From Okamejei kenojei (lineage: Eukaryota): a stretch of DNA of 64,000 bases. The translations under genes and the position numbers were made by a program. The stretch lies in assembly GCA_035221665.1 (NCBI GenBank), contig CM069148.1, positions 35,030,001-35,094,000 of the forward strand, in the 5' to 3' direction. Of the stretch, positions 11,611 through 23,653 are shown in pieces (the first letter of the stretch is position 1; each line of letters begins with the position of its first letter). The notes under the pieces are model-generated. The model ran no database searches, was not told the DNA's origin, and saw nothing but the letters and a program-made list of their open reading frames with translations.

Positions 11611-11910
11611 ATCCAAATTATAATTTTAAATTATAACATATTACATATGTTATAATTTACATATATTACAATTGGTTTCTAAGTTTGCAATATCACACTG
11701 TATTGCTAGACTCAACTAAATGGTGTTGAAAGAAGACAGTAAGTCAGGCAGCATCCGTGGAAGGAATGGGCAGGCGACCTTTTGAGTCGGGGTCCTTCAT
11801 CAGACAGATTTATTATTATTATTGCTGTGTAGCTGCAAATTACATTTTCTCTGATCTTCCCAAAATGCACTGAAATAGGGATATTAAATATGTCTTAGCA
11901 ATGACTTGTG

Positions 11911-12200
11911 ATGGCAATGTGGCGCAGCTGGAAGAGCTTCTGCCTCACAGTGCCAGAGACCCAGGCTTTGTCCTGACCTCCGATGCTATCTTTGTGGGGT
12001 TTTTTCACATTCACCCTGTGACTGCATGGGTTTCCCACATTCAAAAGGCATGCAGGTTTATAGGTTAATTAGCCTCTGAAAATTAGTGAGTAGGGTGTGA
12101 AAATGGGATTGCGTGGAACTAGCTTGTGGGCCATCAATGATTGGCATGGACTCGGTGGGCCACAGGGCCTGTTTCTATGTTGTATCTCTAAACTAAACTA
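11911..12200 (+). mobile_element. V-SINE
   Basis: tRNA head, V-domain, (AAACT)n tail. Confidence 0.8.
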
Positions 12201-12364
12201 AGTGCTTGATGAACTCAGTGGGTCAGGTAGCATCTGTGGAACAAATGGGCAGTTGACTCTTCAGGTCGGGTGCCTTCTTCACACTGATGCTGTTATTATT
12301 ATTATTATGGCAGATGAAGTTTTCTCTGATCTTCCCATGCGCACTGAAACAGAAGATTGAACGT

Positions 12365-12660
12365 TCATAACTCATAGAAGCACAATTAGGCCATCGAGAC
12401 TACTCTGCCATTCAATCATGAATTATCTCTTTCCCTCTCAACCCCATTCTCCTGCCTTCTCCCCATAACTCCTGACACCCTTACTCAAAAATCTGACAAT
12501 GTCTTAAAAAGTACCCAATGACGGCCTCCACAGCCGTCGGTGCCAATTAATTCCACAGATTCACCACCCTCTGTCTAAAGAAATTCCTCCTCATCTCCTT
12601 TCTAAAGGTATGTCCTTTTATCTGAGGCTATGCCCTTGTCCCTAGACTCTTCCACTGGTG
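12365..12660 (-). mobile_element. CR1 LINE 3' end
   Basis: Antisense of the CR1 tail seen at 36170-36610. Confidence 0.75.
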
Positions 12661-13169
12661 ACTAATGATGATAATGTTGAAAGAGATTGCAGTGTTTTAG
12701 TTTCTAAAGGTTCTTAGCAATTAATAAGTGTCTATCCCAATCAAACAAGAATGAAAGGCTTAAAAAATTCTGAGTTCAGACTCTGTCTTTACATGCTGAC
12801 TGCTTCACTGTGCAGAAAATTCATTTTTTAAATTTCAGAAATGAAATGCATTGAGAATGAAACGTGTGTGTGTGTGTGTGTCTGTATGTGTGAGGATACA
12901 CAAAATGCTGGGGTAACTCAGCAGGACAGGCAGCATTTCTGGAAAGAAGGAATGGGTGACGTGTCGAGTCGAGACCCTTCTTCAGCCATATACACACATT
13001 CCGTTTTGCTGCTCCAAGTACGAATTTCATTGTTCTGCCTGGGACATATGACACTAAAACAATCTTGACTCGCCTATCTCCTTCGCTCCTTAAAAATACC
13101 CTTGACTCTTGACCCCTTGTCACCAACTAAAATCTGCAGCAAACACCGACCAAAAGTTGTCTCCAAACT

Positions 13170-13555
13170 TCCAGCCAATGGGAGGCGGATGAGGATGCGG
13201 CCGTGCGATTGGTCGGGCTTGCGGACGGCGCGGTTGAAGTCCGAGATTGGCCAACGGGATGCGAGCTGCCGGCGCTGCTGGCTAATGGGGCGCGGGCAGG
13301 CGGGCGGGCGGCGCTGTTGGCCAATGGAGAGCCGGCGGGCGGCAACCGCGGCTGGCCAATGGAATACCAGCTGCCGGCGTTGCTGGCCAATGGAATACGA
13401 GCTGCCGGCGCTGCTGGCCAATGGGGCGAGGGCGGGCGGCGCTGCTGGCCAATGGGGCGCGGGCGGGCGGGCGGGCGGCGCTGTTGGCCAATGGGGCGCG
13501 GGCGGGCGGCGCATGCTCTTTATGTGCGCGGGTGAGGCCGCGGCTCTTTCTTTCC
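13170..13555 (+). promoter_or_regulatory. RPLP2: RPLP2 CpG-island promoter with CCAAT/GC-box array and TCT (5'TOP) initiator
   Basis: Very GC/CpG-rich. CCAAT at 13175, 13321, 13356, 13387, 13418, 13449, 13488; ATTGG at 13208 and 13246; many GGGCGG boxes; pyrimidine tract CTCTTTCTTTCC at 13544-13555, typical of ribosomal protein gene starts. Confidence 0.85.
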
Positions 13556-13636
13556 GGCGGTCGGAGCGGAGCGGAGTGGAGCGCGTGCGTGTGTGACCCG
13601 GCCTCTCCTCCTCCTCCTCCTCTCCAACGGCTCCGA
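13546..13636 (+). other. RPLP2: RPLP2 non-coding exon 1 (start approximate)
   Basis: Begins in the TOP tract and ends at CCGA|GTAAGT; vertebrate RPLP2 has a non-coding first exon. Confidence 0.8.
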
Positions 13637-14254
13637 GTAAGTCGGTCCGCCCGGCCCGCGCTCCCGCTTGACGGCGCCTCAGCCGCCTGCGTCCCCTCCC
13701 CTCCCCCGCGGGGCCCACGTTGCACCGGCGGCAGCGGCAGCAGCGTTGTATGGGGGGGGCGGGCAGAGCCTGAGGCCTACGGCCGGGGCCTGGTCGCTAG
13801 GAGCGGGTGCGGGGGACCCCCCGGCTCTGGACCGTTTTCATTGATGAGCGATCAGCAGGGGGGAGGCCGCTTGTCGGCGGGTTTAGTTTCGGCATACCAT
13901 GTGGGGCGGCGGCCGGGGCCTCCACCCGCTCCCTCCCTCCCTGCTGCCGCCGGCTCGGCGCTGCAACAACGTGGTGGCGTCGCCCAGCCCCAGGCCCCGA
14001 GCTCGACCGCCCGCCCGCCAGAGCGGGAATTGTGAAACGGGTGGAAAGGATAGGGGTTGAAGGTAGACAAACACGTTGGAGAAACTCAGCGGGCGAGGCA
14101 GCAGCATCTATGGAGCGAAGGAAATGGGAAACGTTACGGGTCGAGACCCTTCTTGATGGGATGGGAATCCAAATGGAGCACAGGGAAGGGGGGGGGGGTG
14201 TTTTGGGTTAATTTCCAAAAATTAAATGTTCATACCATTAAGCTCCAAGTGATT

Positions 14255-14680
14255 TTTGAAACCTGGTTTTGCATTCTATCCCTCTTGAAATAAACGTTGG
14301 CATTGCGTTTGCCTTCCTTACTACCGATTCGACTTGCAAATTAACTTTTTGGGAATCCTGCACCAACCAGTACACCTAGGTCCCTTTGCACCTCTGATTT
14401 CTGGATTATCTCCCCATTTAGAAAATAGTTTACGCCTTTATTCCTACTACCAAAATGCATCCTCACTTTGCTACACTATATTCCATCTGCCCACTTTCCC
14501 AACCTGTGCAAGGCCTTCTGCAGAGTCCCTGCTTTCTCTACACTACCTGCCTCTCCAATTTTCGTATCAACTGCAAACTTGGCCACACTTCAATCGCCTC
14601 ATCCAAATCATTTAATATACAACGTACAGAGTAGCGGCCCCAGCATCGACCCTTGCGGAACTCCGCTGGTCGTTGGCAGC
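14255..14680 (-). mobile_element. CR1 LINE RT fragment
   Basis: Antisense to GVPQGS.LGP and KFAVDTK RT motifs. Confidence 0.75.
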
Positions 14681-15329
14681 TAACAAGGACAAAGCTCAGT
14701 TATTGCCATGTACGTGAATATACTCAATGACTAAGCTTCCTTAACCCTATTGATTAACGAATTCCAAAGATTCACTAGCCCCTAGTTGAAGAGAGACACA
14801 AAATGCTGGTGTAACTCAACGGGACAGGCAGAAGCTCTGAAATGGGTGATGTTTTGGGTCGAGGCCCTTCTTCGGACAATGTTCTCCCTGGATGAACCAA
14901 TGACTCCTTGCTGACATCTGTTATCCTTGCTTCTGGTCAGTTCAACCAGGGGAATCAAGTCTACATACGTCCTGTCCACGTTGAGGGCAGGTGGCATTGA
15001 ATGCTCGATGTCAATGCGATGGGCAATTAATGGAGAGCATTGTGTTCTGTAATCATCCATCAGTTCTTATATATAACAGATATAAACAGCTTCATAAATG
15101 GACCTCAAGACTATTCTGAATTATTAAACTTGTATTTGTGGGATATCTTAGCCTGCAATGAGGATGATCATTCCTGATCTTGTTTTCTTCTGTGCAGCGT
15201 TGATCGGGTGTCCATATTTCTGTCGGTTCCATACATTTATGGCCTTTGACAATGAGGTTGGAATTGTAGCAAATAAAATTTGCATCCAAAAGATTAAACT
15301 AAACAAGCTCAACTTCTTCCTCTTTCAGG

Positions 15330-15452
15330 ATGCGTTACGTCGCAGCTTACCTCCTCGCTGTGTTGGGCGGCAATGAAGCCCCAGCTTCAAAGGACATTAA
15401 GAAGATTCTTGAGAGTGTTGGGATTGAAGCTGATGATGAGCGACTGAATAAG
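15330..15452 (+). CDS. RPLP2: 60S acidic ribosomal protein P2, coding exon 1
   Basis: MRYVAAYLLAVLGGNEAPASKDIKKILESVGIEADDERLNK; tttcAG acceptor ending 15328, GT donor 15453. Confidence 0.98.
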
Positions 15453-15536
15453 GTATCGTGTCTACTCGTGCACATTTTGATCGGTGTTGATTGAATTCCT
15501 AATTTCCTTAAGTAATGGTTTTACATTGAATTTCAG

Positions 15537-15585
15537 GTGATCAGTGAGCTGAAAGGCAAGAATGTGGGCGATGTCATCGCTGCTG
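15537..15585 (+). CDS. RPLP2: RPLP2 coding exon 2
   Basis: VISELKGKNVGDVIAA(G); 49 nt, AG / GTGAGT. Confidence 0.97.
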
Positions 15586-16547
15586 GTGAGTAGCACGTTA
15601 AGCAATGACTCCGTGACTTTCTCTGAATCAACTGGGTTGGGGGTGTATTGCAGATCAGGTTCACCTTTCAGTTATGAATCTATGCAGAAAATCCCTGTGG
15701 AACCAGTAAAAATGTGGTCCAAAAATTGTGAGTGACTGTTAATGCCATTTTCAGGTTAGAACAGCAACTGCGATTTTCATTAAACGCTACATTTACAAGA
15801 ATTCTCTGCCTATTAAAGGTGGGCAGGTTTTCCTATTGCTCTGTTTTGTAATCTCCATCGCTCCCCGATAAGACTGTTGGTCCCCCTGCCAACCAATCTA
15901 CCTGCTTCAATTATTACATTAGAAAAGGCCTTGTACTTGCCTGAATAGACCATTTGGCCACTCTGATCGTCTCTGCCACTGATTGAGATTGTGGCAGATC
16001 CATTTGTAGCCTTAACTTTGCATTCCTATAGTAAGCCATTCTCATATGGCTCTCTACCAACTCATGGGTTTTGCTTCCATTGAGGTAGCGTTCTGAAGCA
16101 TCTGAGAGTAAAAATCAACCCATGTGTTGACCCTTCTTTTAAGCAGTAACTGCCTAGTTCTCGATTCCTCAATGGAAATTGAGAAAGCTTCCTCATTACG
16201 TCCAGCCCCTCAGGATCTTGTGTGTTTCATTCCAGTCAAACAAAAGGCGGCAATTTTGTTCTAGCTTTTGAAAATGTCCATAAATGGTACCAGGGATCTA
16301 GGTTAGAAACTTGGACATGGGTGAGCATGGTTGAGTGGTTACATTGTGTACAAAATGCAATTTTAAGGATTGCACTTGGCACAGCATGTAGAGTGTAAAC
16401 GAGGTTTTATTGCAAAATTGAGACATGAATGGTAGGTATATTTTAAAGCCATGTACAGTTATGCATTTAAACAATGATGGCCAACTATATGGTTTCAAAG
16501 GTGCACTAAAACATATTGGTTCTGTTTATTGAGCACATGGGTGGGGC

Positions 16548-16845
16548 AGCGGCACGGTGGCACAGCGATAGAGTTGCTACCTACATTGCTTGAAGCGCCG
16601 GAGACCCAGGTTCAATCCTGACCACAGGTGCTGTCTGTACGACGTTTGTCATTCTCCCCGTGACCTGTGGGTTTTCACCGAGATCTTCTGTTTCCTCCCA
16701 CACTCCAAAGATGCACAGGCTTGTAGGTTAATTGGTTTGGTAAATATAAAATTTTTCCCTAGTGTGTGTAGGATAGTGTTAATGTGCAGGGATCACTGGC
16801 GGGCCGAAGGGCTTGTTTCCGCGCTGTCTAAACTTAAACTAAATC
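16548..16845 (+). mobile_element. V-SINE
   Basis: tRNA head, V-domain, tail. Confidence 0.85.
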
Positions 16846-17528
16846 TGTAGATCGAAAGCAATCATGAAAGTTGAAGTTGTTGTAGAGTGTAAAGTAAGGC
16901 CATTGCTATTTTTTTTTTTTTTTAAGCCTCGGTATTCCCGTTGGAATGTCAGCCAGTTTTATATAACAGCCAGGAAGAATATGAATGCTTTAGAGTGGAT
17001 ACAGAGCAGATCTTTTTAGAATGGTACCAGGGATCTATTTTAATTTATATAGAGGGACTACAAAGGTCATTAACCATATGCAAAAGTTATCATTTTAGAA
17101 ATGTAGAAATATAGGTGCAGGAGTAGGCCATTTGGCCCCTCGAGCCAGCAGGCCATTCAATATGATCATGGCTGATCATTTAAAATCAGTACCCTGTTCC
17201 TGCCTTTCCCCCCCCCATATTCCTTGATTCCTTTAGCCCTAAGCGCTAAATCTAACTATCTTGAAAGCATCCAGTGAATTGGCCTCCACTGCCTTCTGTG
17301 GCAGAGAATTCTACAGATTCACAACTCTGGGTGAAAAAGTTTTTCCTCATCTCAGTCCTAAATGGCCTACCCCTGCTTCTGGACTCTCCCAACATTGGGA
17401 ACATTTTTACTGCATTTAGCCTGTCCAATCCTTTAAGAAATGTATGTTTCTACAAGAATCCCTCTCATCCTTCTAAATTCCAGTGAATACAAGCCCAGTC
17501 GACCCATTCTTTCATCATATGTCAGTCC

Positions 17529-18659
17529 CACATAGGAGATTAGTGGGCAAAATTGGGGCACATGATATTGGGGGTAGAGTGCTGACATGGATAGAAAATT
17601 GGATGGCAGACAGGAATTAAAGAGTAGGGATTAACGGGTTCCTTTCAGAATGGCAGGCAGTGACTAGTGGGGTACTGCAAAGCTTGGTACTGGGACCGCA
17701 GCTATTTACAATATACATCAATGATTTGGATGAAGGGATTTAAAATAACATTAGCAAATTTGCAGATGACACAAAACTTGGTGGCAGTGTGAACTGTGAG
17801 GAGGATGCTATGAGAATGCAGGGTGACTTGGACAAGTTGGGGGAGTGGGCAGATGGAAGTTTAATGTGGATAAATGTGAGGTTATGCACTTTGGTATCAA
17901 AAACAGGAAGGCAGATTACTATCTAAATGGCGTCAAATTGGGAAAAGGGAAAGCACAACGGGATCTGGGGGTCCTTGTTCATCAGTCTGAAAGTAAGCAT
18001 GCAGGTACAGCAGGCAGTGAAGAAAGTGAATGGCATGTTGGCATTTATAACAAGAGTCGAGTATAGGAGCAAAGAGGTCCTTCTGCAGTTGTACAGAGCC
18101 CTAGTGAGACCACACCTGGTGTATTGTGTGCAGTTTTGGTCCCCTAATTTGAGGAAGGACGTTCTTGCTATTGAGGGAGTGCAGCATAGGTTTACAAGGT
18201 TAATTCCCGGAATGGAGGGACTGTCATATGCTGAGAGAATGGAGCGGCTGGGCTTGTACACTCTGGAACTTAGAAGGATGAGAGGGGATCTTATTGAAAC
18301 ATATAAGGTTGTTAAGGGTTTGGACATGCTAGAGGCAGGAAACATGTTCCCGATGTTGGGGGAAGTCCAGAACCAGGGGCCACAGTTTAACAGTAAGGGG
18401 TAAGCCATTTAGAACGGAGACGAGGAAACACTTTTTCTCAGAGTTGTGAGTCTGTGGAATTCTCTGCCTCGGAGGGCGGTGGAGGCCGGTTCTCTGGATA
18501 CTTCCAAGGGAGAGCTAGATAGAGCTCTTAAAGACAGCGGAGTCAGGGGATATGGGGAGAAGGCAGGAACGGGGTACTGATTGGGGATGATAGGCCATGA
18601 TCACATTGGTGGTGCTGGCTCGAAGGGCCGAATGACCTACTCCTGCACCTATTGTCTAT
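17529..18659 (+). mobile_element. CR1 LINE (5'-truncated) nested in the opposite orientation
   Basis: RT motifs (SKFADDTK, VRPHLVYCVQFW) and full 3' tail; AGTCC at both junctions. Confidence 0.9.
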
Positions 18660-19221
18660 AGTCCGGCCATCCCGGGAAATAACCTGGTGAATCTACACTG
18701 CACTCCCTTAACAATAATGTCCAGAATTGCACACAATACTCCAGGTGCGGTCCCACCAGGGCTCTGTACAATTGCGGTAGGACCTCCTTGCTCCTAAACT
18801 CAAACCCTCTCACAATGATGGCCAACATGTCAAGAGCTTTCTTCACTGCCTGATGAATCTGCATGTTTACTTTCAGTGACTGATGTGCAAGCACACGCAG
18901 GTCTTGTTACAACTCCCCTTTTCCAAATCTGACATCAGATAACAATCTGCCTTCCTGTACTTGCCACCAAAGTGGATACCCTTGCATTTAGCCACATTAT
19001 ACTGTATCTGCCCACTCACCCAACCTATCCAAATCAACCTGCAGATTCATAGCATCCACCTTGCCACCCAGCTTTGTGTCATCTGCACACTTGGAGATGT
19101 TATATTTAATTCCCTAAATCGTTAATATATATATTGTAAAAAACTGGGGTCCCAGCCTCGAGCCATTTGTCATCCCACTAGTCACTGCCTGCCATTCTGA
19201 AAAGGACCTGCTGATTCCTTC

Positions 19222-19702
19222 TCAAAGTCAAGTCAAAAGAGTTTATTGTCATGTGTCCCTGACAGGACAATGAAATTATTTCTTTGCATAGCACAACAGA
19301 ACATAGTAGGCATTGACTACAATTATATACTCAAATACACATTAATTAATTAATTAATAAAGTGCAAATAACAGATGGAGGGGTATTAATGTTCAGAGTT
19401 TTGGGGTCCGAGCCAGGTTTAATAGCCTGATGGCTGTGGGGAAGTAGCTATTCCTGTACCTTCAACCCGAAGGTAGCAGGGAGATGAGTGTGTGGCCAGG
19501 GTGGTGTGGGTCCTTGATGATGCTGCCAGCCTTTTCGAAGCAGCGACTGTGGTAGATCCCCTCGATGGAAGGAAGGTCAGAGCCGATGATGGACTGGGCA
19601 GTGTTTACTACTTTTTGTAGTCTTTTCCTCTCCAGGGCACTCAAGTTGCCGAACCAAGCCACGATGCAACCGGTCAGCAAGCTCTCTACTGTGCACCTGT
19701 AG
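19222..19702 (-). mobile_element. Rex1/Babar-type LINE 3' fragment
   Basis: GCIVAWFGN...LQKVVNTAQSIIG...IIKDPHHPGH.L..LLPSG is typical of this clade; (GTCAA)n tail. Confidence 0.8.
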
Positions 19703-21722
19703 ACTCTTTGCTTCCTGTCTGCCTATCCATGTCAGTACCCTACCCCAATACCATGTGCTCTAATTTTGCACACTAATTTCTTGTGTGGGACCTTGGCAAA
19801 GGCTTTTTGAAAGTCCAGATGCGCCACATCTACTCTCTTATCCATTCTACTTGTTACATCCTACTGATGTAAGGCTATCTGGTCTATAATTCCCTGTTTT
19901 CTCTCTCCCTCTTTTCTTAAAAAGTGGAGTTACATTAGCTACCCTCCAGTCCACAGGAACTTATCCAAAGTCTATAGAACATTGGAAAATGATAACCAAT
20001 GCATGCATGATTTCTAGGGCCACCTCCTTGAGTACTCCGGGATGCAGACCATCAGGCCCTGGGGATTTATCTGCCTTCAGACCCAGCAGTTTACCTAACC
20101 ATTTCCTGACTCATGTGGATTCCCTTCAGTTCCTCCCTCCCACTAGATCTTCGTATTTCTGGGAGATTGTTTGTCTTCCTTAATGAACACAGAATCAAAG
20201 TACTATTGTACTTGTACACGCAACTGTTCTGCCATTTCCTTGTTTCCCATTATAAATTCACCTGTTTCTGATTGTAAGGGTCCTACATTTGTCTTCATGT
20301 CAAATCAATTGTGTTGCTTGATATGTTTTATTCCTTGTTGGAAGGCACTGAAGAAATGGGGTGTATTTCTATTCCTTAAGTTCTGGTGGCAGCGATCACC
20401 CAGAGTAGTGACTAAGTTGATACCAAACTTGCAGTGGAAATGTGCACCTTTTCAAGAGGTTATTACAGGCTTCCACATGGGTTGTATGAAACAAGAGGCA
20501 GTAGGCTTGCCAATAAGTGAGTTCGGTATTCCAAAAAACGGAAGGAATCATGGGATTTGTCAAAGGTCGAACGCTATAAATAAAAATAGAGCAAAGTGCT
20601 GTAGATACAGTGAGTATCGGCTGGAGACGTCTGGATCGACGCCGGCCCCCAGGCTGGGCAAGGAAGGGGGAGTAGGAGGAGGCTGCTGGCAGCAGTGTGG
20701 GCAGTTCAGGCAGCAGCTCCAGCGGGCATCCGGCCTACCCATGGCCGGCAGGAGCCCATCCACAGACTCTCCGACCAGGACGACTCCAGCAGCAGTGGCT
20801 CCGAGTCGCCTGTCTTCGAGCAGGGCCGGCGGCTGCCCATCTTCAGCGGGATCTCGGTGTCAGACTGAGGGGGAAGTGGGTGGAGGGCTGCCGGTCAGCA
20901 GAGGGACTGGCAGCTGGAGCCACCGGCTGCAAGTCTAGAGCCGCCCCGGACAGGGATGGGACACCGTGGAGGGGACGGAACGGCCCAGCAGCAACTCAAC
21001 AGTGGCTGCAGCAACGGAGAGCCGGGCCTGACCCCGACCACGAACGAAACGCAAGCCTGCACACAATGCAGCACCACCGTTGATGAGACTGTTTATAGCT
21101 AGTGGCCTATGACCTGGGCATGCGGAGTCAGGATACCAAACTCGGTTATAAAACTAAGTGAACAAGCTTGTATAAAAACCAACCATGGCTTGTGCTCAAT
21201 TATTGCTCCAAGTTGCTGCATGCGGAACCACAAGGCCTTTTGCCCTTCTAGGCAGAGATAGAAAGCCGATGACCTGCAGTTATTCACCTTGTCAAATGTT
21301 CTTAGTTGCAGTCTAACAGTGTAGCAAGCATATTTATATGCTTTACTATATACTTATTTACTACATAGTAATTCTTAAATGATGGTGTGTTGGGAGTTAA
21401 ATAACCATTTTGCAGAATTTACTTTTTTGAGTTGAGTTACTGAAAAGGAGCAATCCAGAAAGATTTGGGAAATGTTCAAGACTACTGGCAAGATTAGCAA
21501 GGCCTTAGAATTTGTTTCCTGGTTCTGTTGAAGTTGAAGACTGGTTTGGAGTGCAGCCACAGCGTTGCACATCTTCAAAAGGTTGGAGGGAGCTAACATT
21601 TATAAACTTGGTAACACTCATGGTTGGAAAATTGTGGGACCTTTGTGATTCTGAAATGTGTAGTTTCCTCAATAGTCAGGCTGTCATACATTTAGTTGTT
21701 TGTGTGAAGTAACCTGGGCAAA

Positions 21723-21904
21723 AGGGCCTGTCCCACTTTCATGACCTCTGCCGAGTTTGCCCTTGACTCGTACTCGCAGCATGGTCGTAGCAGGCCATGA
21801 TGCTAGTCGTAGGTACTCGTGGCATCAAGTAGGTCGGGGTGTTTTTTCTAGCCTGATGAAAAATGTCCTTGAGTAAAAAAGGTCGTGAATGTGGGACAGG
21901 CCCT
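21723..21904. mobile_element. MITE with ~25-bp TIRs (possibly PIF/Harbinger-type)
   Basis: AGGGCCTGTCCCACtTTCAtGACCT at the left end and its near-perfect reverse complement at the right end (first 14 bp perfect). Confidence 0.8.
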
Positions 21905-22104
21905 GAAGAACTGAAGTGGAACACAGCCACCCGCATCAGCCTACCATACCTGGAGGAATCCTTTAGATTGAAAGGGTGGATTTTAAGCGGAGGATTACGC
22001 CTACATTACCTTTGTATTGTTAAACTAGTAGACTAAACCGTGATACTTTCATATTCATTGGGGAGGGGTGTAAAGCAGAAATTTTATGCTGTTGTCTTGT
22101 TTAG

Positions 22105-22197
22105 GCAATGCCAAGCTTGCAAGTGTCCCGTCTGGAGGTGCGGTTGGTGTCAGTGCTGCAAGTGCTGCTACCGCGGCTACAGGTGCTGCTGCTGGTG
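22105..22197 (+). CDS. RPLP2: RPLP2 coding exon 3 (Ala-rich hinge)
   Basis: (G)NAKLASVPSGGAVGVSAASAATAATGAAAG; 93 nt, AG / GTAAGT, phase 1/1. Confidence 0.97.
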
Positions 22198-22955
22198 GTA
22201 AGTGCGTTTTTTTATTTATCCGGTTTCAATTTCCATCCATTCACCTTGATGAAGTGCTGTGGGACAACAAAAGTTAAGTCTATAACTTGATACACTTGTT
22301 GGTTTACAGCAAGGCAGCACTGGAGTAAATCTCATAAGTTATAAGAGCAGAATTAGGCCATTCATTCGTGGCTGATCTATCTTTCCCTCTTAACCTAATT
22401 CTCCTGCCTTCGTCCCATAATCCCTGAACCCCTAAAAATATGAATTGATTTTGCTGCAAAAAGGCTGTTGGTTTCCATGAATTCTCGTGACGGGAACGTT
22501 GATTCAGTTGTACTTTCTGAATATGGAGTGGAGTGGGAAGTTACTGAGTGCCTTTGCTTCTAAAATGATAGAATTCTATTTGCAACAATGAAAGTGTTCA
22601 TTGGGGAATTTTATTTGTCTGGTTTTGGCTTTGAGGTCTTAACCACCTCTGTCATACTAATGTCCTAAAAGACTTTCGATTTGCTGCTAGAATGTCCATT
22701 TTCATGGTGCACATAAGCACTGATTTTTCAAAATGTCAAAACATGACATGGAGGATCCATTTTTCTCTGCTGGATAACTTTCAGCATTACTAACAACAAA
22801 TTGGTGAATTGGTTAATATCTGGGCCATGCAGCGTGCAGGCTGAGGCAGTATGTTTGCAGCTCAATTTTGGTGTTCCACCTGCAGTTAGTTCCCAAAATG
22901 TTAATTTGGTAATTTAGTATTATGTGGTTGATCTTTGTCTTAATTGTGTTTTTAG

Positions 22956-23035
22956 CAACTGAAGAGAAGAAAGAGGAAAAGAAGGATGAGTCTGAAGAAT
23001 CAGATGATGACATGGGCTTTGGTCTCTTTGATTAA
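22956..23035 (+). CDS. RPLP2: RPLP2 last coding exon
   Basis: (A)TEEKKEEKKDESEESDDDMGFGLFD*, the conserved P-protein C-terminus. Total CDS 345 nt = 114 aa. Confidence 0.98.
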
Positions 23036-23100
23036 ATAAAAAAACATCTAAAAATAAACTGTTTTAATGGATGTTTCCCTGTGTTTGTGTTGTGGTGTGT
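23035..23100 (+). terminator. RPLP2: RPLP2 polyadenylation signals
   Basis: AATAAA at 23035-23040 (overlaps stop) and 23053-23058, then a GT-rich downstream element at ~23080-23100. Confidence 0.8.
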
Positions 23101-23653
23101 ACAGATGCCAACGGCAGGTTTAAGTATAGAGCTGGCGGAGAATTCCCACGCTATTTTCAGAAAAATACACACTAATATAGTGACAAACCTTAAAGGCAAG
23201 AAATTGGATCTCTGGTTAGTTTCAGCCAAAAGTTGTGTTTGGTTAGCTACCTGAACACATGAATGCAAGACACAAGAAACTGCTGGTGCTGGAATCTTGA
23301 TTAAGAAATAAACTGCTGGAAGACCTCAATGGGTCAGAAAAGAGGCAACTGGTCAGATGACATTTTGATTCGGGACCTTTCAGTCTGAACCTACCTACTA
23401 CCCATGTGAATGTAAGTTCTGCTTACATTCTATCCTGTAGAACAGATTCCATTTGTAAAATGACAGGCAAGCTGGTGGAGGTTCTTAATAGTGAAGCTTT
23501 TGAGAAGGTGGGTGCCCACCTATGCAAAGGTGTAGGCTCTAACAACCTACCCACAGCACTGATGTGAAATATATGACCAGCCGTAAAACCTATCTAGTTC
23601 CATCAGCATTGGTTGATTGATTTGTAACATTGAGAGAATTGCCCTATACATGG

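Larger units (their letters stand above)
17095..20295 (-). mobile_element. CR1 LINE split by two nested insertions
   Basis: Collinear antisense CR1 pieces at ~17095-17528, 18661-19220 and 19703-20295. Confidence 0.85.

Noticed and set aside
13262-13515. Repeat-spacer pattern resembling a CRISPR array
   Set aside because: Eukaryotic locus, spacers are related to one another, no cas genes; it is a promoter minisatellite.
13074-14211. Many long overlapping ORFs (up to 214 aa) with WP repeats
   Set aside because: Stop-poor GC-rich CpG island and minisatellite; low-complexity translations with no recognisable domain.
14880-14955. Hairpin in RPLP2 intron 1 as a snoRNA or miRNA
   Set aside because: No proper C/D or H/ACA boxes; the 3' arm resembles a decayed antisense CR1 tail.
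15955-16015. H/ACA-like hairpin (tctgccac/gtggcaga) in RPLP2 intron 3
   Set aside because: Single hairpin without an H box or ACA; likely an old repeat remnant.
20171-20938. 255-aa ORF in RPLP2 intron 3
   Set aside because: Non-ATG start, spans an antisense CR1 and a GC-rich block, no domain similarity.
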